Source of the DNA: Octopus vulgaris
Lineage: Eukaryota
Length of the DNA: 64,000 nt
Assembly: GCA_951406725.2 (NCBI GenBank)
Contig: OX597818.1
Span: 21,266,001 to 21,330,000 of the forward strand
Direction of reading: 5' to 3'
Positions 27,769-39,928 of this stretch are shown here, in pieces. Both the position numbers and the translations under genes were made by a program. The first letter of the stretch is position 1. Each line of letters opens with the position of its first letter. Below the pieces are notes generated by a model. The model had not been told where the DNA came from and searched no databases. It was given only the letters and a program-made list of their open reading frames with translations.

Positions 27769-28239
27769 AACACACACACATGCATGCATGTTTTAATACT
27801 TTTTATCTGCTAAGGAAACCTTAGCTTGATAAACTGTTTTAGAAAGACACTGTTAGGTTATTGCAGTGCCAGAATTTTGCATGTTCATATTGGAATGGTC
27901 TCTTCTATTTTTACTACTTATGAGATTAGTTAAAGTCTTGATGCAATTTTAGCTCTCATTTTTCATATTCATGTCTGTCCTGAACTTTCCTCCCTCTTCA
28001 TTTAATTTATCTTCACCAGGCTTTTTTTTTCTTTTTTTGTTAAAGAGTTTTTTCACCTATCAGTAAAAACAAAATTGTTTCGTTTTTAACTAAAAAGCTT
28101 TCAGTTGTCACAGTAGATAATATTTCTAGACTTTGACATCAAAACATAAACCAAAATTGCATCATATCCAACTAAATCCACCATTTCTCTGTATGCGTCC
28201 TGAATTCAAGTTTCAAGTCTTCTACTGTCATCCTTGGGG

Positions 28240-28597
28240 TACCAGGGCAGTCCACCACCAGTCCTTGTTGTGGTGTGGTGACTTGTATGCTTCAATGACC
28301 CTGAGAACTATACCAGTTGAGCACATGCTCTTGGTAGTGTTTCCCATGCTGGACAGGTCAAAAGAAAAAGGACTGATTAATATCCACCACCCCTTTCCAG
28401 GGGTAAAAATGGGTTTGTGTAGGGCCAACACCTCTACCTAGAAAGCAAAGTTACAGAAGTATTGATGACAATTCAAAACCAACAAGACCTGGGAGATAGA
28501 GGTCTTCTTACAGGGAAAGACAACCTAGAGTCAAAAACAATGGATAAAAGTTGTTGGGGGCTTACACTTCATTGGAAGCAAAGGGCCTAAGTATGAA
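28240..28597 (+). mobile_element. Probable non-autonomous bipartite RTE derivative (5' UTR joined to 3' end)
   Basis: CCTTGTTGTGGTG...CAATGACCCTG...GGACAGGTCA resembles RTE/BovB 5' UTRs; ends GGCTTACACTTCATTGGAAGCAAAGGGCCTAAGTA like RTE 3' termini (recognised from recall). Confidence 0.5.
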
Positions 28598-29993
28598 GTC
28601 CAGGGCAGTGGTAGAGTGCCAGACAAGAGGTCTTGTGGTGTCTATTCCAGCTCTGTGCACTCAAAATTCAAATCTTGCCCCATCATCAAAAAAGAATAAT
28701 ACTTTTGTTGTGATTGCAACTGACACATAGTTACAGCAATTTGGAAAACCAATGGAAACAGCTTCTTGGATTCAATTGTAAAATGACTGGCACCATTACC
28801 ATATATCGTTATCATTTATTCTGTCCAAGGCAATGTTTATTTATTCACAATTTTTGAATTAATCTTTGCATTATCTTGTAACTTTGGGATTTTGATGAGG
28901 TAACTGCTAGTTTTTAGAAGAATATTATGGGGATGGTGTGAGAGGCCAGATCTGGTTAGTTTGAATGTAAAAGAAGTAGAATATTTGGGCCGGATATGGC
29001 CAGTTTAAATACTAAAGCATTAGCATCCATTTTCCATTGTTGGCATGGTTTGGATGATTCAGCAGGATTCAATGAGCCAGAGGGCTGCAACAAGCTCCAA
29101 TGTCTGTTTTGCATGGTTTTTATGATTGGATGCTCTTCCTAACACCAATCACTTTACAGAGTGTACTGGGTGCATTTTTGATAGCACCAATACTAGTGAG
29201 GTCACCAAGTACTTTACAAGACAAGACCCCTCAATGGAGGAAGGTGGTTTTATATCAAGTGTTGCTTCTCAATATTTGGTACAATGCCACCTCTCTCAAT
29301 ACCACACCCTCTTTCACTCAATATATATATATATTCATGTACAAATAGATATTTACATATCCACATACAAATATTAGGTGTAAACAAAATAAGATAGTAC
29401 TCAAATAAGATGTAGAGTTTGTTCAGATATTTATTTAAACAGATTTTGGATATTATCCAGCTGTCACAGTATGCAAACTTTCAGGTCATCTAAAACATGA
29501 CTATCAGACTTCAGTAGTGGACAAAATGTTTGTGTCTTTCTACTTATATATGTACATGTATGCATGTACGTAGATGTGTATATAGCGCATAAATGCATAT
29601 ATTTTCAGGATACCTTGGCTGTTTTAGTTCACACACATTTTGTTCTCTCCATCTTTTTCTTCTCATCTATCCTTTCTGAAGAAGGGCATCGGCTTGAAGT
29701 ATTAAGACTTCCATTTTTCCTGTGCATAAACCCAACACGCCGTGTTTATTGTTTTCACTTAGTCTTCATGTTTTTTCTTATTTTGGACTACATACATCTG
29801 TACGTACGTATGTATATTGGTATGTGTATGTAGGTGTATATGCTCATGCATGTACATGCACATACATGTTAGTACATGTGTATGCATGTTTGTATGTACA
29901 TGTGTGTGTGTGTGTGTGTGTGTTAAACGTTCACTACTTAGTGTCAGTGACCAGATCATGGATATATCATGAAAAACTTTATATCAAGTACTC

Positions 29994-30044
<51 letters not shown>

Positions 30045-30542
30045 TTATGTATCATTACAATATAATAATGAAGTGACAGTAAATATGACAGTGTATGTAT
30101 GTTGTCAATTTCTACCATGACTGCCACAATGTAACTATAATTTGTGTGTTGATACAGTTGTTTGTGTAGATATGTGTGTGTTGTTTTGTATATACTGAAT
30201 AAAATTGATAAATGCATTATATACCGATGTTGTGCAGCAATGGCAGACTGCTGTTGTATGTCCCTCCCTTTCTCTCTCTCCCTCCCTCCCTCCTTCCTTC
30301 CTTTGCTGCACTTTCTCTCTCTCTCTCTCTCTCTTAACTTTGACATACTTTTCACAGTTGATTGCCTCTATCACCCAGTACTGGTTCATCCCTCCTCCAC
30401 CAATTTTCTCCATTCTGAAGTATATTTTTCTATTTTTGTGTTTTATTTCTCTGTGTATGTGTGTGTGTGTGTAGGCATGTGAGTATACAAATATATGTTT
30501 ATATACATATGTCACACACACAAGCAAGCAAGCAAACATTGG

Positions 30543-30585
<43 letters not shown>

Positions 30586-32453
30586 AGATGTACAAAAACA
30601 ATGAAGAAAAAAAGACAACCATAAATGGTTAATTTTTTTTTTTGAAAAAAGCAAAAATTAAAAAGAAAAAGAAAAGCAAATAGGGAAAATGTACAAGTTA
30701 AAAAAATAGAAATCAAGAAAACAAACATTAAGGAAACAATGTGCAGAACAACAACAAAGTGTATACTAAAACAACAACAACAACATTGAGAACAATAAGA
30801 TCTACAGATTCCAGTCAAATCTATTTGCTGGAACCCATTGTTTCATTCTTAATTGGTGGAAATATTTCTTTCTTTACAGATTGTCATTGATTTCCTCCCT
30901 CCCCCCACCATTTATTTTCTCTCCCTCTCCTATTCACCCTTTCTTTCTTACTTTAATGTGCCTCTCCCTCTCCCCCATTCTGACTTTCTTTCTTACTTTA
31001 ATGTACCTTTCTTTCTTCCTCCCCTTCTCTCTTACACATGTATACGCGTGCACACACACACATACACACACACACACACATATACATACAGATATTGTGT
31101 GATTTTCCTAATACTAATTCTATCTGCCTTTCCCTTTCTTCCTTCACATTTCCCACTTATTTTGTTTTCATTTATGCCTGTTTTCTGTGCTGTCTTTGCA
31201 TGCTCTCTCTCTCTTCTTTTCCTTTTATTTCGTACCTTCTCTTGCATTTACACACATACACATGCGTATTCTCTGTTTTTCTGCATTATATACATTTTGG
31301 TTTCTTCAGTTTTTGTTTGTGTTTCCCTACATCCATGTTGATCAATAGTCGTTTTTTTTTTTCATTGTATCATTCTCTACTATTGTTATTTCAACTACCT
31401 CAAGGTTTCACTCTTTTATTGCTCCAGAATTGTTAATATAATATGGCACTGAACATATTACCCTTCTCCTTATGCAAAGAAGAGCTTTTGCCTATGCACA
31501 GCCTTGTTTGCAACATAACATACAAGGGCAGTGTCAGCTGACATGGAAGACACCAGCATCAAGGTGATGTCTTTCATGCCTCAATAATCAAGTTGGTCTG
31601 CACCTAATTGCAGAAGCTCAAGGTGGTAGGAAAAACAAAGATTATCCAGAACATATTCACACTTTACGTTGGATCATTGACCTTGTTAACTTGTTCAGTA
31701 TTTGGTTCATTTGATACTTGCTGCAATAGGGAGGCAACCAGGCTGTTAAATCTAATTCAGAAAATAATGTCAATAGAAAGCTGTCCCTGAAGTGTCAGCT
31801 TGTAGATTGCTTTGCTAATTTACAAGCAGCATTTGATTGGCTTACTTGTACATAGGTGATAATTTTACAGTCTGCATTTGACTGGCTTGCTTATATAAGT
31901 TTCTACTCTTCTCCCCTCCACACTCCAAAAAAAAAACAACAACAAAAGAACTTCTAAAGGTGGAAAAATTGATGTTCAGCAGTAATGATTTCAGAAGTAC
32001 TTTGAACTATTTACTGATTCAGTCAACAAAGTTTTGTAGGCCTATGTTAATACCATCACATGGCTCCTGGATATCTTTGGCTACGTTCTCCCTACCTGTG
32101 GTTTTCTTGCCGATGTTTTCATGCTTAACGAACCACATCAACCTCATTAGTTTGAGTGGACCTGTGTGGGTCATTGTTACTACCCATCTTCTGATCAACA
32201 CTAGTTTCTTTAAGCCAAGTAACTGTCCTACTTTTGTTGTTTACTTATTTATCTTTGAGACTTTTCTCATATATTGTTTAAATGCTTTCATTTAATAATT
32301 TTTCTGTTTACTATTTGCAGCTGTCAATCTTGGAAGCAAATTTCCTAAAAGCAAGATATAACCTGAATTGAAGCAAAATACAGTTCTGGCTGAATGAAGT
32401 AATTCATTGTCTTTGGCCAGTGGCTTTTTTTTTTTCCTGCCCTGTAGCCCACT

Positions 32454-32694
32454 ATGTCCAATGTAGTGTTCTGTTGGGGTAACTCTCAAGATGGACAATT
32501 GGGCATTGGAGCTGATGATGTCAACATAGTAGCAAGTCCTAAACAACTGTACTCTGATGACATAAACAATATTATTGTGAGCATTGCTTGTGGTCAACAC
32601 CACACTTTAATTGCCCTAGAAAGTGGTGAAACCTACTCCTGTGGTAACAATGACTACAGTCAGTTGGGACACAACAAATCTAGAACCAGACTAG
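32454..32694 (+). CDS. HERC4: HERC4-like (small HERC) E3 ubiquitin ligase, first coding exon (RCC1-like repeats)
   Basis: ATG at 32454 reads MSNVVFCWGNSQDGQLGIG...VSIACGQHHTL...TYSCGNNDYSQLGHNKSRTRL (RCC1 repeats typical of the HERC3/4 N-terminus). Donor G|GTAAGA at 32695 (phase 1). Likely acceptor tttgcag ends at 32320, so the exon probably starts at 32321 with 5' UTR. Confidence 0.88.
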
Positions 32695-34443
32695 GTAAGA
32701 GTATTTAATTGTTTTCTTTTTTTCTAACCATATCATTGAATTTGTTCTCCCACTCACTCACTCACTGTCTCCTGTTTTTAATTATATCTCTTGGATATCT
32801 AAAAGGAATATTGACAGTTTAATTAGCAAAAATGCCTTGCAATATTTAGTTGTGACCCTCTTGTAATTCTTATTTTGATTCCTGCTGAAAGTTTTCTTTA
32901 CCTTTTTATCTTTCCATGATTGATAAAATAAAACTACTAGTTCAGTACTAGGGTCAATATTAATATAACTGACTATACTCATTCCCCAACTTGAGGTCTT
33001 GAAGCCTGTGGAAGAAATCAGTATTTGAAATAAACACCACATGAAATACAATGGTTGTAACACAATAGTGTTCAACTATTTCTCATCATGCAGTAGGTGA
33101 TTTAAATTTTACTACAGCCATTTCATGTGTCTGAAACTGGTATATAATACTGCTTGCACCAGTTTGCTTGACCAGCATCAAACCTGCTTTTGTTCTAATT
33201 CATGGTTTGGTTATAGAAAGGATATCAATCTGTAAAAATATAATTGCTCCAATAACAAAAACATCCTTCTTGGGCTTGAATGGAAAAAATGATATCAAAC
33301 AGCTTTTATTTTAGAATATCATCATCATCATCATCAAACATCTGTTGTCCATGCTGGCATGGGTTGGACAGTCTGATGAAACCTGGCAAGCTGGGGAGCT
33401 GCACTGAACTCCAGTCTGATTTGGCATGGTTTCCTAATGCAAAATACTTTACAGAGTGTGCTGGGTGCTTTTACATGGCACTGCACAGGTGCTTATATGT
33501 GGCACCACATGGGCACTTTTATGAAAAAATGGCACTGTGTTCCTGTGATTATCCATATTTACATGGAAATAGTTATTTACCCAACCAGGATAGATTTATC
33601 ATCTTTATTGAACTTTGAAGGTTTGTACTGAGCACTGTAATTTAACAGTAAACTTGTTAAATCCCTTATACTGTGACCCTTCTGTCAGTTACTGCAGTGA
33701 ACAGTGATTTTACTATGGAACTGTTTATAGTTAGGCAGTCTTGAGCATTAAGTTTCTTCTTGATGACCATAAAGCAGTGCCAGTAGACTATAAGTTACCA
33801 GTACATTGGTCCATCTGCATGCTCTCATGACATATGTGTAGGAAATCAATCATTCTGAACCATGCTACTGTAGAAAAATGGACATGCACTTGGGATAGTG
33901 CATGTGTTGTCATTGTCATCATCTTCATCATCGTTTTAATGTCCACTTTTCCATGCTCTCATGGGTCAGATGGAATTTGTTGGGGCAGATTTTCTACAAC
34001 CATATATCTTTTCTATCACCAACACTCACCTGTTTTCAAGATATTTCTCCTTGGTTGGACATGTTTTCATGGAAGTTTAGAAATGGACACCACTTGTATG
34101 AAAGTGACACTCATTTACAACTAACATACAATGTCAAAACAAGAAAACACATACACACACATGATGAGGTTCTTTCAGTTTCCATCTATCAAATTATAAG
34201 GCTTTGGTTTGTCTGGGGCTAAATTAGATGTTTGCCTTAGATGCCACAGTACAAAGCCAAAAACTATATGATTGGGAAGTGAATTTCTTAACCACACAGC
34301 CATGCTTGTGCATCTGTATACTAAAAAATATTTTCATTTAATAATATAATTTTGAAGAAAATATTGATTTCATCTATTGTTAAATGATTACTTCTGTCAA
34401 GAAACACTACTTTCAAGGATATAGCACACTATACTTTATTGAA

Positions 34444-34649
34444 AGGTAATATTTATCCCCACTTAAACATGGATGTTCTGTTAGAACAAACTATACTGTG
34501 GTAGATACCATGAGAGAAACTCTCATATTGGCTTTTGGTGTGAAATGCAGTCTTGTTTATATCACTTGTTTGTATGCACTCTAGTTTATAGATTATCTAC
34601 CACAGTATAGTTTGATGTGGGGATGTTTAAGTGGGGATAAATATTACCT
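34444..34649. repeat. Bipartite inverted repeat (MITE-like)
   Basis: AGGTAATATTTATCCCCACTTAAACAT and CAAACTATACTGTGGTAGATA both have exact reverse complements within 34594-34649. Confidence 0.85.
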
Positions 34650-36727
34650 CTCGGTCTAAATATTGCCTCTGTCGCTATATATTTTAACAGTACTTTATTG
34701 TGATTTATAACACTGCATAACCATTGCCATCATCTGTATTATCATTATATCTCCTGGTATGATCTCACTGATAACACAACAATCACCATCATCACACCTT
34801 AAATAGAAATACATCTTCATATTTTTCGCAGTTGTTGCCAAGTTTTTGCAACCTTAAAATGAAGTTGTACACTTTGACTGAACATGTTTGTCATCCATCT
34901 CATACCATGAATAGATACTGTGATTATTATAACTGCAATAATACAATGAGTGGTGCAACTGAGACTAAAGCACCACTTTAAATGCATTGTAGGTATCCCT
35001 CCCTCTTTTAGTTTAATTTTTTTTGATACTGTATTTAAATCCTCCTGAGATCAGCATTGTCTTTTATCCAAGCAGTAACCAGTTATGTACTGAGGCCATT
35101 TCAATTGGCTGTCTCTTTCCATTGACAAAATCAAAGACCTTGCAATTAATAAGACCAAAAATTACTATATTATGATGTGGTACTTGTTTCTAAGAAAATA
35201 TCGCCAAGCACAGGTGTGGCTGTATGGCAAGAAGTTTTTCCCAACCACATGGTTCTAGGTTCAGTCCCACAATGTGGCAGCTTGGGCAAGTCTCTTCTGC
35301 TATAGCCTTGGGCTGACCAAAGCCTTGTGAGTGGATTTAGTAGGCAGAAACTGAAAGAAACCAGTTGTGTGTGTTTGTGCCTAAAGATGTCCCCTACCAC
35401 TGCTTCACGACTAGTGTTGTCATGTTTACTTCCCCATAACTTAGTAGTTTGGCAGAAAATACCAATAAAATAAATGTCAGGTTTAAAAAAAAAAACATTA
35501 CTGAGTTTGAATCATTTGACTAAAAAATTTTTCAAGATGGTGCTCCAGCATGGATGCAGTCTAATAACTGAAACAAGTAAATGATAAGACAAACAATACC
35601 ACCTGAATTTTAATCCAGTTGAAAGCCATTTCATTCCTAGTAAAAGTTGATTTCTTTCGAGTTGGCAAAAAGCCATTTTGTAAGGAGATGGCATATGATT
35701 TTAATGTTTTATGGCTGCATATTATGTCAACATTGTAATAACATTGCCTCTCACAGAATTTGAAATAGAAATGTAGTGATGTAAAAAGAAATACTGCAAA
35801 GTGTGTAATGTAGCCATCACCATCTTTGCCATCTAGATTCAAGGAGTATAAGGCAAGTTATTGATGAGCTGCTAAATGGTCCTTTATCTGCTGAAAATAA
35901 TAAAATCTCCCTCAGATCATCTTAGAAAAAGTACTTATAAGATTATGTCATCTTAGATACATTGTACCTTTGAAAAAAGTTGGGATGGTGATGATTAGAG
36001 TGCCCTTATTCATAAGTCTGTTAAATCATAGCTGACCTTTAGTTAAACAACTGAGCACAAGATTCTCTATCAGATGAGAAATGAGATATGCTTTTCCCAA
36101 AGCAATGAGAAGTGATGTCTTTTGACTGGAAATTAAAACTATATACAGAACTTATCTTTTTGGAAGATTGCATTTTTTCTGTATAAAAATTGCCACATTT
36201 CTAGTTGAAATATTGCTTTTATTGTCAATCAGATCATCACTAATAAATTGTTGGAACTTATGATGTATACAGAGGCTTGAAAGGTAAAGTGTACACTACA
36301 ATAACACAGGCAACTAGAGTACTGAGACTAAATATCATAAGGTATTTAGACTGTCACTTAGCTATTCCTGTCAACCTACTGTATCTGTCAGGCATGCAGT
36401 GACTGACAACAGAATGTGTGTCTGACAGTATATGCCTTGGTTGCAAATGAAAGTGTAAGGGGGCTGTAGCCATTTGCCTGATTGCATATTATTGGTTAAT
36501 TTTCAATCATCATCAACCAATGAGCGATAGTTTGGCCGTGCAGCTGTCTTTGAGAATTTTATTTTACTCATTTTCACCTTCTCTTCCTTGTATAGTATGT
36601 TGTTTTAGATTTTGCTATGGCTGCCACACCTTTAGGAGAAATACAATACATATATAAAATATTACAAATGGTGCCATAAAAAGCACAAAACTAGAATTGA
36701 AAAATGCACACTCTCAAAAGGGTTACA

Positions 36728-37407
36728 GAATGTCATAATTAACCTTAAAAAGTATGGGACTAGCATTGTTACTCAAAAATATTGGAATCACTATATGTTG
36801 TACATTCTGTGGCATCCTTTTATCACAAAAAATTTGTTTAATTCATCAAAATTAAGTTATATTAAAAATTAAGTTATCATATACACAATTTTAACAAAAC
36901 AATTGTGTACAAATGCTAATGTCATCTTTATGAAATAATTCAATCTATGAATGATATTTTTTATAAATTTATAAGTAATCAATCAAAAGTAATTTAGTAA
37001 TAATTTGCTTAATTGCATAACTATTCCATTAATATGTGTATCATAATGCAAATTATCTTTGCTTATAACTATTTCGGTTTCATACTTTCGCTGTTAAATA
37101 AATTCAACTTCATCATAAATCCTTTTTTTTTTTTTTAATGGTAACTTGCATGCAGTGTTAAGTATGTTTTTTTTTATATATATTGGTATGAAGAGTATTA
37201 TAATGAATTTACTTATTCGAAGTTAAAGATCATAATTTGAACATCTTCAAATTTTTATTTTAAGAACTTGGTTTAATAATTATCATGGCATCATAATTCA
37301 CACATGAGTCTCTTTTAAGATACCACAGAATGTACAGCATATAGTGATTCCAATATTTTTTAGCAACAATGCTAGTCTCATACTTTTTAAAGTTTATTAT
37401 GACATTC
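36728..37407. mobile_element. MITE/fold-back element with ~90-bp terminal inverted repeats and AT-rich core
   Basis: 36728-36819 is the reverse complement of 37317-37407 with few mismatches. Confidence 0.8.
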
Positions 37408-39894
37408 AATTCTAGTAGAAATATGGATTTCTAACAAAGCAAAAAATGACTATATGGAAGAGACATAAACTCCATAAAGCTGACAACTGTGTAGTAGATC
37501 AGTAACTCTAATTAAAACTGATAGAGTTGATAGGACTCAGCTCTTTATTTCTACTGAAGACAACTTTTTCAGTGCTGGTAACATAATGCACCCAGTCCAT
37601 GCTGTAAAGTAGTTGATAATATGAACGGTATCTAGCTAATTAACCATTTTATTACTATGTTTCTGTTGAAATATATCGCTATCATTGCAATTCATCATCA
37701 TCATCAACATTTAACACTTGTTTTGCATACTGGCATGGGTTGGATGGTTAGACAGGAACTGGCCAGGCCAGGGGCCACACCAAGCTCTGAAGTCTGTTTT
37801 GGCTTGGTTTCTAAGGTTCAATGTCCTTTTTAATGCCAACCACTCCTCAGAGTGTGTTGGTGCTTTTTATGTGGCACCATCACCACTGCTTTTTACATAG
37901 CACCAGCAGTTGATTTTGAAAATAATGAAAACGTTAATAAAATAACTTTCGTGTTTTGGTGGCATAAATTTATATGAACCACAGGTAGCACGAGACAGGC
38001 TGGTATCAAAAGGCTTTAAAAAAATTATCACACAAAATGCAAAACAAAGTTGACTAGTTTTTTTTTCTCTTGGTATGTGTAGCAGATAATGAAGGATTAT
38101 GATAAGTGGTGAGATACTTGGCATCTGTCCAACTCATTCCAATATTTAAAAAATGCATAAAATGAGGATGATGAAGAACCAATGAGGGAGTTTTTACAGG
38201 CTCAACCTGCTAGTAATGGCAGCCAAATCTCTTAAATTTCACCCTACCATCTTGGAAGTGAAGGGGACATACTGAATAATTTAGTAATAATAATTATACA
38301 ATGCTGAGGGGACAGGAGGCTAAATTTGAAATGCTTATGATTATAGGTTTGTTTATTCAAAGTTGAGGAACATACCTCACATTCTCACATACAGTGGTTG
38401 ATTGTATGGATTGCTATATGACATCCTGGGCATGTACCCATCTCACTGTCTTGTCTATTTTTGTATGTCTATAGAGTCTACTTGTGCAAGATGAACTCAA
38501 TCTGTGCAACAGTTGCTGTTCTCCTGCACAGTGCTGGGTTATTGCAGTTTTTCTTTAGTCTTTGTTTGTTTTTTTTTGCATGTGGAGGGTGTGGGATTTT
38601 TCATGTTTGAATGGGAATATGTACGTTTATGTTGCAAATAACAAGGAAAAGATTATTAATTTTGTATATGATATGCATGGGAATACTGTATAGTATATAG
38701 AACACTCCACTACCGTCCTTTAGTATACAGAAATAATTACCAATTTAATAGTGTGATTGTGTGTTAGTACACACTAGAGTTCAGTAACCAGAGAGTAGTT
38801 GATTAGGACATGATAGCTTGATAATGAGATGTGATGGTAATAGAGTGGATTGGTATTGTGGGTGTTATTTTACAGATCTTTTATGTCTGAATTTTTTGTT
38901 AGTAATCAGTTGTCATTAGGTAAATTTGGTCAACTTTATTTGAACTTATCTTTTGTACAGCAGTAACCAATTGCAGAAAAGTACTGGATATGCATTTTTA
39001 GATGCAGCTACTCTATCTTTTGTTTTGTTCTAAGAATTTAGGACTTAAAGCATGTTGTTGCTTAGCAACAGGTCAACACTAATTGTGCGGATCTATGCTC
39101 AAAAACGTTCTAGCTATGTTTATATCCAGGGCTGCCTCATCCAATACAGCCGTCTTTATTTAAGACAGTAGGATGTGATCTGAAGGAGATTTGGCTGCTA
39201 TATTTAGCAGGTTGAATAACCACATGAAGTCTCACGTTATAAGTTTTAATTTTTGGGTCAAATTACCATTAACCCTTTAACCGCCAAAAACAGACTTGGT
39301 GTTTTCTGCAAGTCATGTTTCCCCAATAAACTTGGAATAGTTTCAAACATGACATTCCTCAACAAAAATTGGTATGTAAAAATTCTTTCTGCAGTCAAGG
39401 GCATTGACATTTTGAGTGGATACATCAAATTTCCGCAATAAAAGAATTCATGCTAATGATAAATTTTAACCTCAATTATAATCTCTTGTATAATCTATTG
39501 CATGAAAAAAAAGATATAGATATAAAGCTCAGGAATGGCTGTGTGGTAAGTAGCTTGCTAACCAACCACATGGTTCCGTGTTCAGTCTCACTGCATGGTA
39601 CCTTGGGCAAGTGTCTTCTACTACAGCCTTGTGAGTGGATTTGGTAGACGGAAACTGAAAGAAGCCCATCGTATATATATATATGTCTGTATGTGTTTGT
39701 CCCTGCAACATTGCTTGACAACCAATGCCGGTGTGTTTACATCCCTACAACGTAGCAGTTCGACAAAAGCAACCAATAGAATAAGTACCAGGCTTATAAA
39801 GAATAAGTCCTGCAGTTGATTTGCTCGATTAAAGGGTGTGCTCCAGCATTGCTGTAGTCAAATGACTGAAGCAAGTAAAAGAAAAGAATAAAAA

Positions 39895-39928
<34 letters not shown>

